Assembly (NCBI GenBank): GCA_013239625.1
Contig: MU054391.1
Location: 1,486,711-1,550,710, forward strand
Length of the DNA stretch: 64,000 bases
Reading direction: 5' to 3'
Source: Lama guanicoe
Taxonomy: Eukaryota
Shown: piece by piece, positions 25,175-36,400 of the stretch
How the letters are laid out: every line of letters starts with the position of its first letter
Position numbering within the stretch: position 1 is the stretch's first letter
The notes under the pieces: model-generated
Seen by the model: the letters and a program-made list of their open reading frames with translations, nothing else
Told to the model about the DNA's origin: nothing
The model's database searches: none
Position numbers and translations under genes: made by a program

Positions 25175-25499
25175 CCTGCTCGCTTCATTCATGTTTATTC
25201 TCGGGAGACCAGCCAACGTTACAGAAACAAACTAAAGTGAGGCTCACAACGTCCTCAGAGAACAGAAAGCGGGCGGCGAGCCAGCGGTGGCCGGGGGGAC
25301 ACCAGGCCACGCAGTGCGGGGTCGGGTCCCCCTCTCGGGTTGAGGGATCGCTGTCCTCGGTGAGGGGAGACTCCGGGTGCCGCTGGCAGCAGGCAGAAGC
25401 CCCCTCACTGTTTACAAGTGTCCGCACCGTCCGAGGGAGGCGAGGCAGGCTCTCCCGGCGGGGCGCCAGCAGCCGCTGGGGGCGGGGGGGCCCATGCGG
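25175..25499 (-). other. EIPR1: EIPR1 3' UTR (~0.32 kb; cleavage site approximate)
   Basis: Lies between the stop codon and the first downstream AATAAA. UGUA (CFIm) motifs at 25413-25416 and 25220-25223. Confidence 0.75.
25194..25199 (-). terminator. Polyadenylation signal AATAAA of EIPR1
   Basis: Plus-strand tttatt (AATAAA on minus), about 300 nt after the stop codon, with UGUA about 20 nt upstream. Confidence 0.8.
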
Positions 25500-25674
25500 T
25501 CAGAGCAGGATGTGGTATTTCAGGGCCCGGGGCACCCTGTTGATGACCAGCCGCCCGTCGTAGCTCAGGGAGGCGAACAGCCAGGGGTCGGCTGAGGACC
25601 AGTCCACGGCATACACGCTGTCCTCGTGCTCCTCGTAGGTGGCGATGACGCTGTCCTGCGGGGGCTCCTGGCTC
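25500..25674 (-). CDS. EIPR1: EIPR1 terminal coding exon 9 (175 nt coding incl. TGA)
   Basis: Acceptor ttgcag|G. Encodes [57 protein letters not shown], the recognisable EIPR1 C-terminus. Confidence 0.97.
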
Positions 25675-27762
25675 CTGCAAGGCACCAGAGACACGTGAGC
25701 CAGGCGGGCACCCTGCTCTGGGGTGGCCGGGGCCTGGTCTTCGCACCTGTGAGAAGGGACAGGTCCCAGGAGCCGCCTCTGCAGGAGCTAGAGCCATCCC
25801 GGCCGAGGGTCCTCAGGGACCCTGGAGAGACCTGGGCTGCCTGACACACCTGGCTCCTGGGCTCTGGAGCGGGCCGTCTGGGGGCCAGGACGGTGTCTGG
25901 AATGTTCACAGGGCTGAGTGGGGAACAGCCCGACACTCCCATGATGTCTGACAGGTGGACCTGGGGGCTGGCTGGTGCAGCCCCAGGGGACATGAGAAGC
26001 CCCACCCAGGAACGGGTGTGGAGCTGGCCAGGGCAAGGATGCCCCGCGCACCAGTGGGAAGAGCCGGCAGGTCCCAGCCTGGGCTGTGACTTTCCCCATC
26101 ACCCCCTTCAAACAGGAGTCTCGGGGCCCCTCCCTAGACACCTGGCCTCACCTGCCTGGGCTGCCCAGAGACCACAGGCCTTCTGTGAGCAGGGCCACTG
26201 CTCAGCCCGGAGGGGGCCTCCTAGGCACGTTCCTTCCCATTTCACAGACAGCTCTGCTCAGGGTGCTCTCAGCACACCTGGGCTCTTCCAGGAAGGTGAT
26301 CTTCTCCCTGAGACGTGCCACCCACGGGCCTGGCTGGCCTTCAGCTCTGAGCGCCCACCCGCATGCAGCCCATGGCCCGGCCCGGGATGACGACCTGCCA
26401 ATGGCCAGTGGGGCTCTGGTGCCAACACCTCAAACGAGTCCTCTTGCGGAGGTCCAGTCTCCTGAATTTATGAACAAACCCCTGGAGCATCAGGAAGCTG
26501 TGTGGGCACCATGTGCCGGTGCCACCGCCCGGCACGCCGCCAGCCACCCGCTCCTTCCTCCCTAACGAGCTTCTCTGAAGCCCTGAATGGAGGCAGGATG
26601 CCTGAGTCACACGGCGCTGAGGAAGGGGCCACCAGCTCCGTCCCCGGTACAGCCGGGATGCAGCCCCTGCTTGGCCACGAGCACAATGCAGCTGCCACAC
26701 GCGACAGGTCGCTGGACTGAAATCATTGCCACGGTGTCTCAATAGCTCGTTTCCAAGTGTCTGAGCAGAAAAAGAACTGTGTCGAGAGGGGGGTACACTG
26801 TCACCGTGCGGAAGGCCCCAAACTGGGTTCTCACACAGGAATTTCAGGCTAAGCTCGGGGAGGCAGAGGAGGAATCAGACAACGGGACCGCGTGAAGAGT
26901 CTCAGAACAGACGACAAGCCCCTCCTGTACCTCCTCCGGGCTCACACTGCTCAGCTCAGCGGGGTCTTACTCCACAACCTCCTCCCCAGACACAGCGTCT
27001 GAGTCCCGCTCACTCACCACGGAGGACGCAGCCCAGCCACGAATGTGCGTCAACCCGGGAAACAAGAGGTGCCCTGTCACCCCCGTGCAGCCGACAGGGA
27101 CATGGGCCCCTGCGCTGCCCTGCTTGGCCCCAGCCGGGAGCCCAGCCAGAGCCCCGGGGCCAGGGCGGCCTGCTCTGCACTGGCCAGGAGTGCACCTCAT
27201 AAGCCCCGAAGCCCGGGACCCCCGTGTCTCGGGGGCACGAGCCCAAATTTGAACTGAGAGCCCCTGAGCAGGTGCAATTAGGACTGGAAAACAGCGTGTA
27301 GGAAAGTTTTCAGAAAATACAGCAAGAGGGTGCGGCCGTGAGAACAGGCACTTTTGGTTCCCTGCGCTGTCAGGTGACTGGGGGACGAGAGGAGGACAGG
27401 AGGGGCATGGAGCAGGTCCGGCCTGCGGGGCAGACAGTCCACACCCAGACCCAGGACGCGAGGAGGGCGCCCTCGGCAGCTGCTGCCGCGGGGCGTGGGG
27501 GTCACGGGGTGGCGCCTGTCACACTGAGGGTCAGAGACCAGGCAGGTCTTCACAGCCTCCGGGTGCCGTTTTAGAAGCTGGACAGATGTTGCACAGACAC
27601 GCACTTCAGAGACCATGCCAGCCAACGCTGCTGGCCCAGCCCCGCTCCGGCCCCGCGTCTCGGGTGCGAGCCCACTGACCCATGCCCCTCCTGCCGCGCG
27701 GACGCGGGTGGCCCTGGAGAAGATGAGGCGGCGCCGCCCCGCCCCTGCCCGGGAGCTCTTAC

Positions 27763-27930
27763 TTCTCCTCTGGCCGGCGCTCCTCCTGGTCACTCAGGTC
27801 GTCGTCATCCGCCAGGTGGCCGAAGGGCTCGGAGGAGATGGACACCATGTTGGAGAGGACGACCCTGCTGTCACTGCTGCCCGTGAGCACCAGCTGGTCA
27901 TGCGAGTGGTTGTAGCGGACGCTCCATACC
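27763..27930 (-). CDS. EIPR1: EIPR1 coding exon 8 (168 nt)
   Basis: Acceptor ccccag|G, donor GAA|gtaaga. Encodes [55 protein letters not shown](K). Confidence 0.97.
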
Positions 27931-28435
27931 CTGGGGCGGGAGAGGGGACTAGCGCCAGCAGCCCTGCTGGACGGCGAGGCCGGGGTCCCGACCGCGCGGT
28001 CCGACGCCGGCCCTTGTCCAGCGGGGACAGGCTCGTGCATGTCCCTGAAACGTTTTAAGTCTCAGCTAACAGAGATGAGCCCAAACAGCAGCAGGAGCCC
28101 CGGGGGAGAGAGGCTTACTGCTCAGTATTGCACACAGGCGCCCCACACTTCTGTATGTGGAAACTGCCCACGAAGCAAATGCAGGTCAGGGAGAACCTGT
28201 GACACTAAGCCAAGCCCAGGGCAGCTTCCCACAGCAGCCGCCTCAGGCACAGGGCTGTTCTCTGGGTCGGGCCACTAGGCCTGGTGTCCTTCTGACCCGC
28301 AGGCCCGGGCTCGGGGAGCTGCGCTGCCCGCCGGGCCACATGCTGCCGGCCCGGGTCCGGGGGCAGGAGCTTCTCCTTGGAGGGCAGCTGCTACGGGATT
28401 AGTCCCAGCTGTCCGCGAACATTCTGGTTTTTAAA

Positions 28436-28725
28436 CACACGTGCACGCACGCACGCGCACAAGCATGCACACACATACATGCACACGCCCACACAAGCAC
28501 ACACATAAGTACACACACACACAAATGCACACATACAAGCACACACAAGCGCACACACGTACACCAGCATGGACACAAGCACACACACACAAGAATACAC
28601 ATGCAACACATACACACACAGAGAAGCACACAGACAAGTGAACACACACAAGCAAGCACAAACAAGCACACAGATGTATACACACAAACACACATATACA
28701 AGCACACACACACACACACACAAGT
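28436..28725. repeat. Degenerate (CA)n microsatellite in EIPR1 intron 7
   Basis: Directly visible. It is UG-rich on the pre-mRNA strand. Confidence 0.95.
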
Positions 28726-29148
28726 GTGCACGCGCTCATGCTTCATCTAAATGAAACCAGCCCCCGCTGCGCACTCTTCTACTGGGTCTCTGTCACCTAC
28801 GTAGCAGAAAGGACCCAGCTGATGGTATAAACAGGAGAAGAACGTTCTGCAGGGAAGGACGGCTCCTGGACACTCTCCGTGTCCGTGCACACAGCCGTCG
28901 TCACTCTGCCAGTGGCACCGTCCCCCCACTCCACCCCCGTGCGTGGACGTCGCCGCACTGACAGCCAGTCCCTACTGACGGGCACCTGGCGGTTTCCAGC
29001 CTCCCTGCGCGGCAGACAATACCACGTGAACATCTGGGCATGGTGATTTTTGCATATTTGAACCAGCACCATTTTAAGAGGAAACAAAATCTAATGTTTT
29101 TCTTCTTTTCCTACATTTCCAAATCACAAACATTCCAGTTTGGAATTA

Positions 29149-29928
<780 letters not shown>

Positions 29929-31291
29929 TCAACACTCACATCACCCCGGGCGCCAAGCCTGGAGGCACCTGCTCCGCAGTCCAGGGCAACACGGGAGGGG
30001 CAGGGGCCACACGGCTGTTCAGGGTGCACTGTGCACACCCATCTGCGTGCGTGCGTGCATGCACATGTACACACCCACACAGGTGTGCACTGGGGCGCAC
30101 TCACACAAGCACAAAGGCACACGGGCACACATGCACGCACAGACCTAGCTGAAGCCCCACACCCACCCCTCCAGGCTGCTCCTCACAGGACGTGAAGTCA
30201 GAACATTCCGCCTGGTACGACGGCCCCTTCTGACGTCACCAACCCAAACCAGAGGAGCAGGGCATCCTGAGGTGGGACAGGGGCTTGGGACAAAAGGCCT
30301 GCATCCCAGGCAGCATGCGATGAGGGCCCCCACTGGGCAGGGCCATGGTCCGGCCCCGCGTGACGCCCCGTCTGCCCGGGCCCTCCATGTACCCCCTCGC
30401 GTGTGACTTCACCTCTCCCGCCGTCACTGCAGCTCCGCTCCGTGTGGCCCCGAGGGGACGGTGAAGGAAGGCACCAGCTCACCTCCCACCCCGAGTCCCC
30501 ACTCCCCACTCTCTCAGCAGATGCCCTCAGTCCTTTTCATCTTTCCTCCCACGCTGCCTTTTCTGACCCAAAACCACTTTGAAATCTTGAACCGCTTTTT
30601 ATACCCTGCACTTTTCCAATATCCTAATATTTTTTCCTAAAATACGATACCCGAAACTAAAGCTCTTCCAAGTGAAACAGAGAAATGAATAAAATCAAGC
30701 CTGGCGAGGTCCTGGGGGCTGGGGACCAGTCGCACGTGCAGGGAGCACAACGGGGGTTGGCCGCGGGCTCTGGGGCAGCAGTCTGAACACACGAGCACGC
30801 AGCTCAGAAGCGGCCCGGACAGCATCCCGCCACGTGGAGACCCACTGCGCGCTGAAGGGAGCACGCTGAGAAGAGCCAGGCTGCGCCCATCACCCCGGGG
30901 AGGTGGGCAAGAGCCCCGTCGGGCCCCTGGGTTTTGGGGTCTGTGCCATCAGTCTTCAAGGTCCTTGTTCAGACACTGAAATCTTCACATTCTTCAAAGG
31001 ACGATGAAAACAGGACAAGGTGGCCGCAGCCCTGGAGGAATGGACGCAGCCCAGACGCTCCTCGGGGTCTAAGCCCGGGGCTTTCAGCTTCCAACACGAC
31101 ACTGAACAAACCCGCACACGCGCCGGCTACCGATCACCCCCGCGTTCTCAGAGGGCTGCAGGCCGAGATTTAGCGCCATCCCCGCCCTGGAAGGTAACAC
31201 GAGTTATTTCACGACATCCCTCTTTGCAGCTTAGTGATAAATTATGGTGTGCTGAGGGGATAAGCTGTATCTTAAAAAAGATTGCCGGCCC

Positions 31292-31340
31292 CTGTTGCCA
31301 TGACAACAGTGTGCACACCGTCACCCCGTTGCTTGTCAAC
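31292..31340. promoter_or_regulatory. Candidate paired RFX X-box motifs in EIPR1 intron 6
   Basis: GTTGCCATGACAAC (31294-31307) is one mismatch from GTTGCCATGGCAAC. A weaker GTTGCTTGTCAAC lies at 31328-31340. Confidence 0.5.
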
Positions 31341-31832
31341 GCCACACCTGGCAGAGAAAACCTGCTCTTACGTGTCCCATTAGGGGTGCCGGCTGTTGTG
31401 TATAATGGCTTAAGTGACAGACTATGATTATCCCACGGCGTGTGTCTGGAAGGCAGAGAGGTGGCCAAAGACAGTGCCACATGCTTAACAGGGACGGCAG
31501 CCCTCATCTGGCAGTCACTAGCCACAGGGCGCGAGAGACCAAGGTCACATCTCAGTCCTGAGCTGCCAGGCTGGCCTGACCTTAACTCCCACCGCAGACG
31601 GCTGCCGGGGTTGGGGGGGCAGTGCTCCCAGAGGAATGAGACCCCAGGGAGGGGGGACGGACCCATAGCTGGGTCCAGTTGGGGAGGAGAAAGAAGACAA
31701 AGTGCATGACTTGCCAGAGATAAGACCTGCACAGACGGGCCACGTGGCCCCAAATACGTCAGACGCAGAACCGCGCCCTTGTAGACCAAGGTGGGAGGCG
31801 CCGGGCATGTCCTGGTCGGGCCTGGCACTGAC

Positions 31833-31969
31833 CTCATGGTCCGCGTGTCCCACCCTCGGACGGCTGTGTCATTCGCCGTGGCCACCTGCGTGCAATTGTG
31901 ATGCGGGCTCCACCGTCCCGTCGTGAACTTCAGCTGTCCCTTCCCTTCCAGGGATGCTGAACTGGCCAG
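31833..31969 (-). CDS. EIPR1: EIPR1 coding exon 6 (137 nt)
   Basis: Acceptor ttcgcag|CTG, donor GAG|gtcagt. Encodes [45 protein letters not shown](S). Confidence 0.96.
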
Positions 31970-34509
31970 CTGCGAATTTGGCAATGGTTTCAAAGGAAGA
32001 AGAAAAGAAAAGTAATTTGAATTCTATTCAGGAAATTTCAGAGGATGTCCTCCAGCACAGGGTGTCATTGAAATAATTATTGAAAATAATTAGGAAACTC
32101 TGACTGTTTCCTTCCCTTAAAAGGCAAGAATGTTTGAAACTTATTTGGAAAAACCTATAAAATTGAACGCAGCAAAAAATAGAAAGCATATTAATATTCC
32201 CTCTATCAAACGAGTCTTGCAAGTCTGTGATTAGCGATAATCTGCTCACATGTGGAAAACCTCGAACCCTGGCTTCCCCCAAAGACACAGGCGGGGCGGG
32301 CGGGGCCACACGGTCACTCCAGCTGGAGGAGGGTACACAGCCGTGGCCCAGCCAGACAGCCGCTCGGGCATGCCCTCCGCCGTGCCCAAGCACCCTGAGC
32401 CCTGAACTCGGGGTTGACCAGACCTCAGCAGGTAGTGATGGAGACCTTGGGCCCCTGGCACAGGGCCCCGGCCTCGTCTCCCCACCGCCCTCCCACCTGC
32501 CACCTGGGGTCTGCACAAAATCACACTGGCTACGTCACTGCTTCCATTTGGAGGCTGGATATCTATCCACACGGTGACTTTTGAAGGTCGGAGAGCTCCG
32601 GGCTGCGTCTGTGGCCCCAGGTCACACAGGCCACCATCACTCACTCCACGTCACCCTGAACCCCAGCCTCGCTCTGCAGACCCTCCGAGAGGGGTCTGGG
32701 GGCCGGTCCCCCAGCTCTAGACAGAGGCCCGAGGGAGTCACCAGGGCGAGAGCGTCTAGAGGCCCCGCTGCAGTGCTTCCTTGGGGCCCCGCAGCGCGAG
32801 GGCAGGGCGGGTGCCCGGACTCCAGACTGATGGGCCAGGTGGCCCAGGGAACCGGTGGTCAGTGCACAGGGCTTTGACTGGAAGCGTGGGGAAAACACAG
32901 GCTCCCTCTCCAGGGAGGCTGGCCCAGTTAAGAAGGATGATGGCGGGGACATTTTTAGACACGACTTCCGAGCATGAGCCCCATTTATTCTAGTGACCAC
33001 TGCAGCAGAGGCCACCCAGCCAGGAAAACACTGACCAGCCCCGCTGAAGCATTTCACCTCTTCTCTGGACAGTTTAGTGTCTCCACTTGGCCCAGAAAAT
33101 TTTTCTCTCAAAAAAATCCATGTTCCCACCTGACTCTGCACATCTCGTAGGTGCCAGGCCTCATGTCAGCACCTCACGGCCCGGCCGAGCTCCTGGCTGA
33201 CTGCACATGTCTCTCCCAGGGGACCAAAGGCCTGGAGCCAGTGAGAGGGAGGACGGCGGGGTGTCTGTGCAGGTGAGCGCTGCGCAGAGGACAGCAGCGC
33301 CCCCGCATCCCAGAGTCAGGAGAACGTCGCCATCTCTGAGGAGACGTGCGGACCAGGCGCCCCGGCGGGATGCCAAGGCTGGTACCATGCGCCTGCTTGG
33401 GCGATGCGGAGCCCTCTGGGTGCCCCCGCCCAGCTCCAGTGGGCTAGCCCCTGCCCACGCCGCCCACTCCACCCTCTCCACCCCACCCCACAGGCGGCAG
33501 GAAGACAGAGCACGTCTCCCTGGGAGAGCGGGGCCCCTGCTTTGTAAGACCCCAGTTAGCGGGCCTGCCCCGCCATTACACAGACCAAGTGCCACTGACT
33601 AGCCGCTGACCACACAAAGTCAAAGGGTTATTTCTGTCCCCGGTGAGAAGTACATGTTATGTTCCTAGCTGTGGGGGACACTGCCAGGCACGGCGGTGAC
33701 AGAGGGAGACAGGTGACCACACGCACACAAAGTGGGAAGAAAGGCAAGGGCCCCGGGCGTGCCTGGGTTAGGGGGCTGGGGGTGAGGGGCGAGGGCAGAG
33801 GTAGAACTGGAACACGGGGAGAACATCTGGAGAAGGAGCCCCCCCTGGGAACCGAGCACAGCCACGGGGGGCAGGGCCTGCACCAGGTAGACACGTCCGC
33901 TGGGAGCTCCCGGTGGCCATGGAGAGCCCACGGGGCAGGCGGCCAGCAGTGCCCTACGTGGAGGACGCTGGGAGGGGACATGTGCAGCCTGGAACCCGAG
34001 TGAGGCCAGAGCCACGGTGGCAGAAGAGGCAGAGGCCAGAAGAAATGTCAGGAAGGGCAGAGTGGCCGCGGGACAGAAAGTGGGCTTCCTGGCGGCCGGG
34101 CCTGGGCACTCCTGCCAGGACTGGAGGACACTCGGACCCCTGGGTAGAACTGGGCCTGAACCAGCTCAGCAGAGAGGGTGACCCTGGGGACCCACACACC
34201 TACCCCCGCCTCACTCTGTCCCCACCTCTCCCCACTCCGGACCAGCACCCTCATGGCCACTCACAGAACGTGAGCTAGGCACCCCACCGAAGACCGGGCT
34301 GACCCTCAGACTCACCCCCGAGAGGGACAAGCGTAAGGGATGTGAAGCATCCACACAGGCGAGTCCTCCTGCGTCCCCGGGCCTGAGCTGCCGGGACACA
34401 GAGGCCTGCCTGCACAGCAGCCGCGACCACTGCCTGAGCCCCAGGTCCCCCTCGGACCCTGCATAGCCTCATGGTCTGCACCGGAAGCCCTTCCCGCCCC
34501 AGGGACTGA

Positions 34510-34918
34510 GAGGCCGCCCAGAGCGAAGCCTGACAGACGTGGTCCCCTTGCCAGTGACTGGTTTAGGCCTGGACATGTGGTCGTGCCTGGAAAGGGGACA
34601 GAAGGACTTCTAGGAAAGGCTTTCCTTACAAAGCAAGGAAGACACAGGGGAGAAATCTGCTTTCTCTGTGCTGATGTGGGAACCTGGATGTGACGGCTAG
34701 AACCACTGCAGTCACCTTGCAGTCATGAAGGGAGATAGCAATGACACGTGGACATGGCAGAGTGGAGCATGTAGAGTAGCTGGGTCCTCCATGCTGCAGA
34801 GTCACCGAGTTAACCAACCCCGGAATGGCTCTCTTTCCACATTTCTCATTACCTCAGATAATGAAACCTCCTCGCTCTTTAAGTCCCTTCCTGTGTCCTG
34901 CAGCCAAACTGACACACC
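34510..34918 (+). mobile_element. Old MaLR LTR (MLT1J/K-like)
   Basis: ccagtgactggtttagg...ggatgtgacggctagaaccactgcagtcaccttg...gctctttaagtc...cctgcagccaaa. Confidence 0.6.
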
Positions 34919-36164
34919 CACGATGTCCCTCTTAGGCAACAGTGTCGGGGGGCTTCCTACAGGTGTGGTAATGTCCCTGGCCTCTCCCAAGCCGAATCCC
35001 AGCCCCACCTTTGAACAGGAGCTGGGGCCCCGCCCTGCTTTCCCATGAGCGACCTGACCAGCCCCTTCGCCTCTTTGCAGTCTGGCTTTCTCTCCTGTGT
35101 CTCACTGGTAAGATAAAGAAGATCTGCCCCCCAAGGCTATGAGGATTAAACACTCCTAAAAACCCAAGAAGATGCCTGGCGCTCTGCTCTGCCTTCAGGG
35201 ACAAGGGCGGAAGGGACAGGGTGTGCTGTCTTCTGGGGCACAGGTGGGTCCGTCAGAACTGACACAGTGGTGGTGGGACTCAGCAGGCCCCCTCAAGGCC
35301 CATCGCTGCCTTCAGGATGTGGAAGGAAGGGTCCGGTCACCCCTGCCCCATGAAGTCAGGGTCATGGCGGCAGGCGGCCCACAACGACCCACACCGACCC
35401 ACAGACCCAGCAGGGCTGGCGGGCTCCCACACCCCGTCAAGGACTCTGCCCCCGAGAAGTGTTCCAGGATTCACAGAGCTGACGCAGGGTGGTTCTGAGA
35501 GCTGTCTCCTAGAAACCTGAGTCCTCCTGTGTTTAGAAAATGCCACGAGGCATTAGGTGCCAGCATTGGTGAGGACCTTGAGGTCATTTGCAATTTATTT
35601 TTAGTTTATTTCAAACAGGACTCTATTTGTAGGAAGAGCAGAATTAAAAGGGTTTCTCCCCTTTGCTGCACCGAAGCCCAGCCTCTCCCTGTGGAGAAAA
35701 ATGTGTCCGACCTCCGCAGCTGCAGACTTGACCTTCGCTCCAGACTGGAACAGGAAAGGCTGTGAGGGCAGACGCAAGGCTTCTGACCAAGATGGATGAG
35801 AATGCAGCAGTATTTCCGTCACAGCAATGAGACACCAGTAATGCACGGGGGAGAGATCTCATTACAGCTGCTTCTTTGGAGAGGGAGGAAATCTTTTATG
35901 AAGAATAATGAAGGCTTGGAGCACCGGAAGCCCTGCAGCAATCAGCTCACTGCGCCCTTCCTGTGTGAGCCGTGATCATCACTTGCCGACTGCAGGGAGA
36001 GTAACCTAATTATCAAGTAAACACAGATCGCTCTTCAGTACCTCGGTTTCTCCCCTTTGTACCTCCTGCCTTTGCACTAGGATCCGACCCTCGTTCATAA
36101 TCCGCTTTTAGAGATCATGTATTCCAGCCGCTCCATCTGTCCACACGTCCATCCTTCTATGCAT

Positions 36165-36230
36165 CTTTCTAAGTATCCATCCATCCATCATCCATCCCTT
36201 CACCCGTCTATCCATCCATCACCATCCACC
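36165..36230. repeat. (TCCA)n degenerate simple repeat
   Basis: Directly visible. Confidence 0.85.
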
Positions 36231-36234
36231 AGGC

Positions 36235-36400
36235 ACGTGCCGACCACCTGCCACGCACCAGGCACCACGGGGGAAGCTGTCTTCATGTAATGTCACTGTT
36301 AGAGTGTCCTCCTTTACAGATGTGGGCACTGAGGCGTGGACGGGCCAAGCACCTTGCCCAAGGTCACACTGCGGGTGGGACCGGACTCACAGCCTTCAGC
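36235..36400 (-). mobile_element. MIR fragment
   Basis: ctttacagatgtgggcactgaggc...cttgcccaaggtcacac. Confidence 0.7.

Noticed and set aside
28391..28754. Cys/Val- and His/Thr-rich ORFs (also 43408-43721 and 53193-53511)
   Set aside because: They are translations of (CA)n/(TG)n microsatellites.
31148..31993. 281-aa ORF as a stand-alone gene
   Set aside because: Only 31833-31969 matches EIPR1 and is bounded by splice sites. The rest is open intron sequence.
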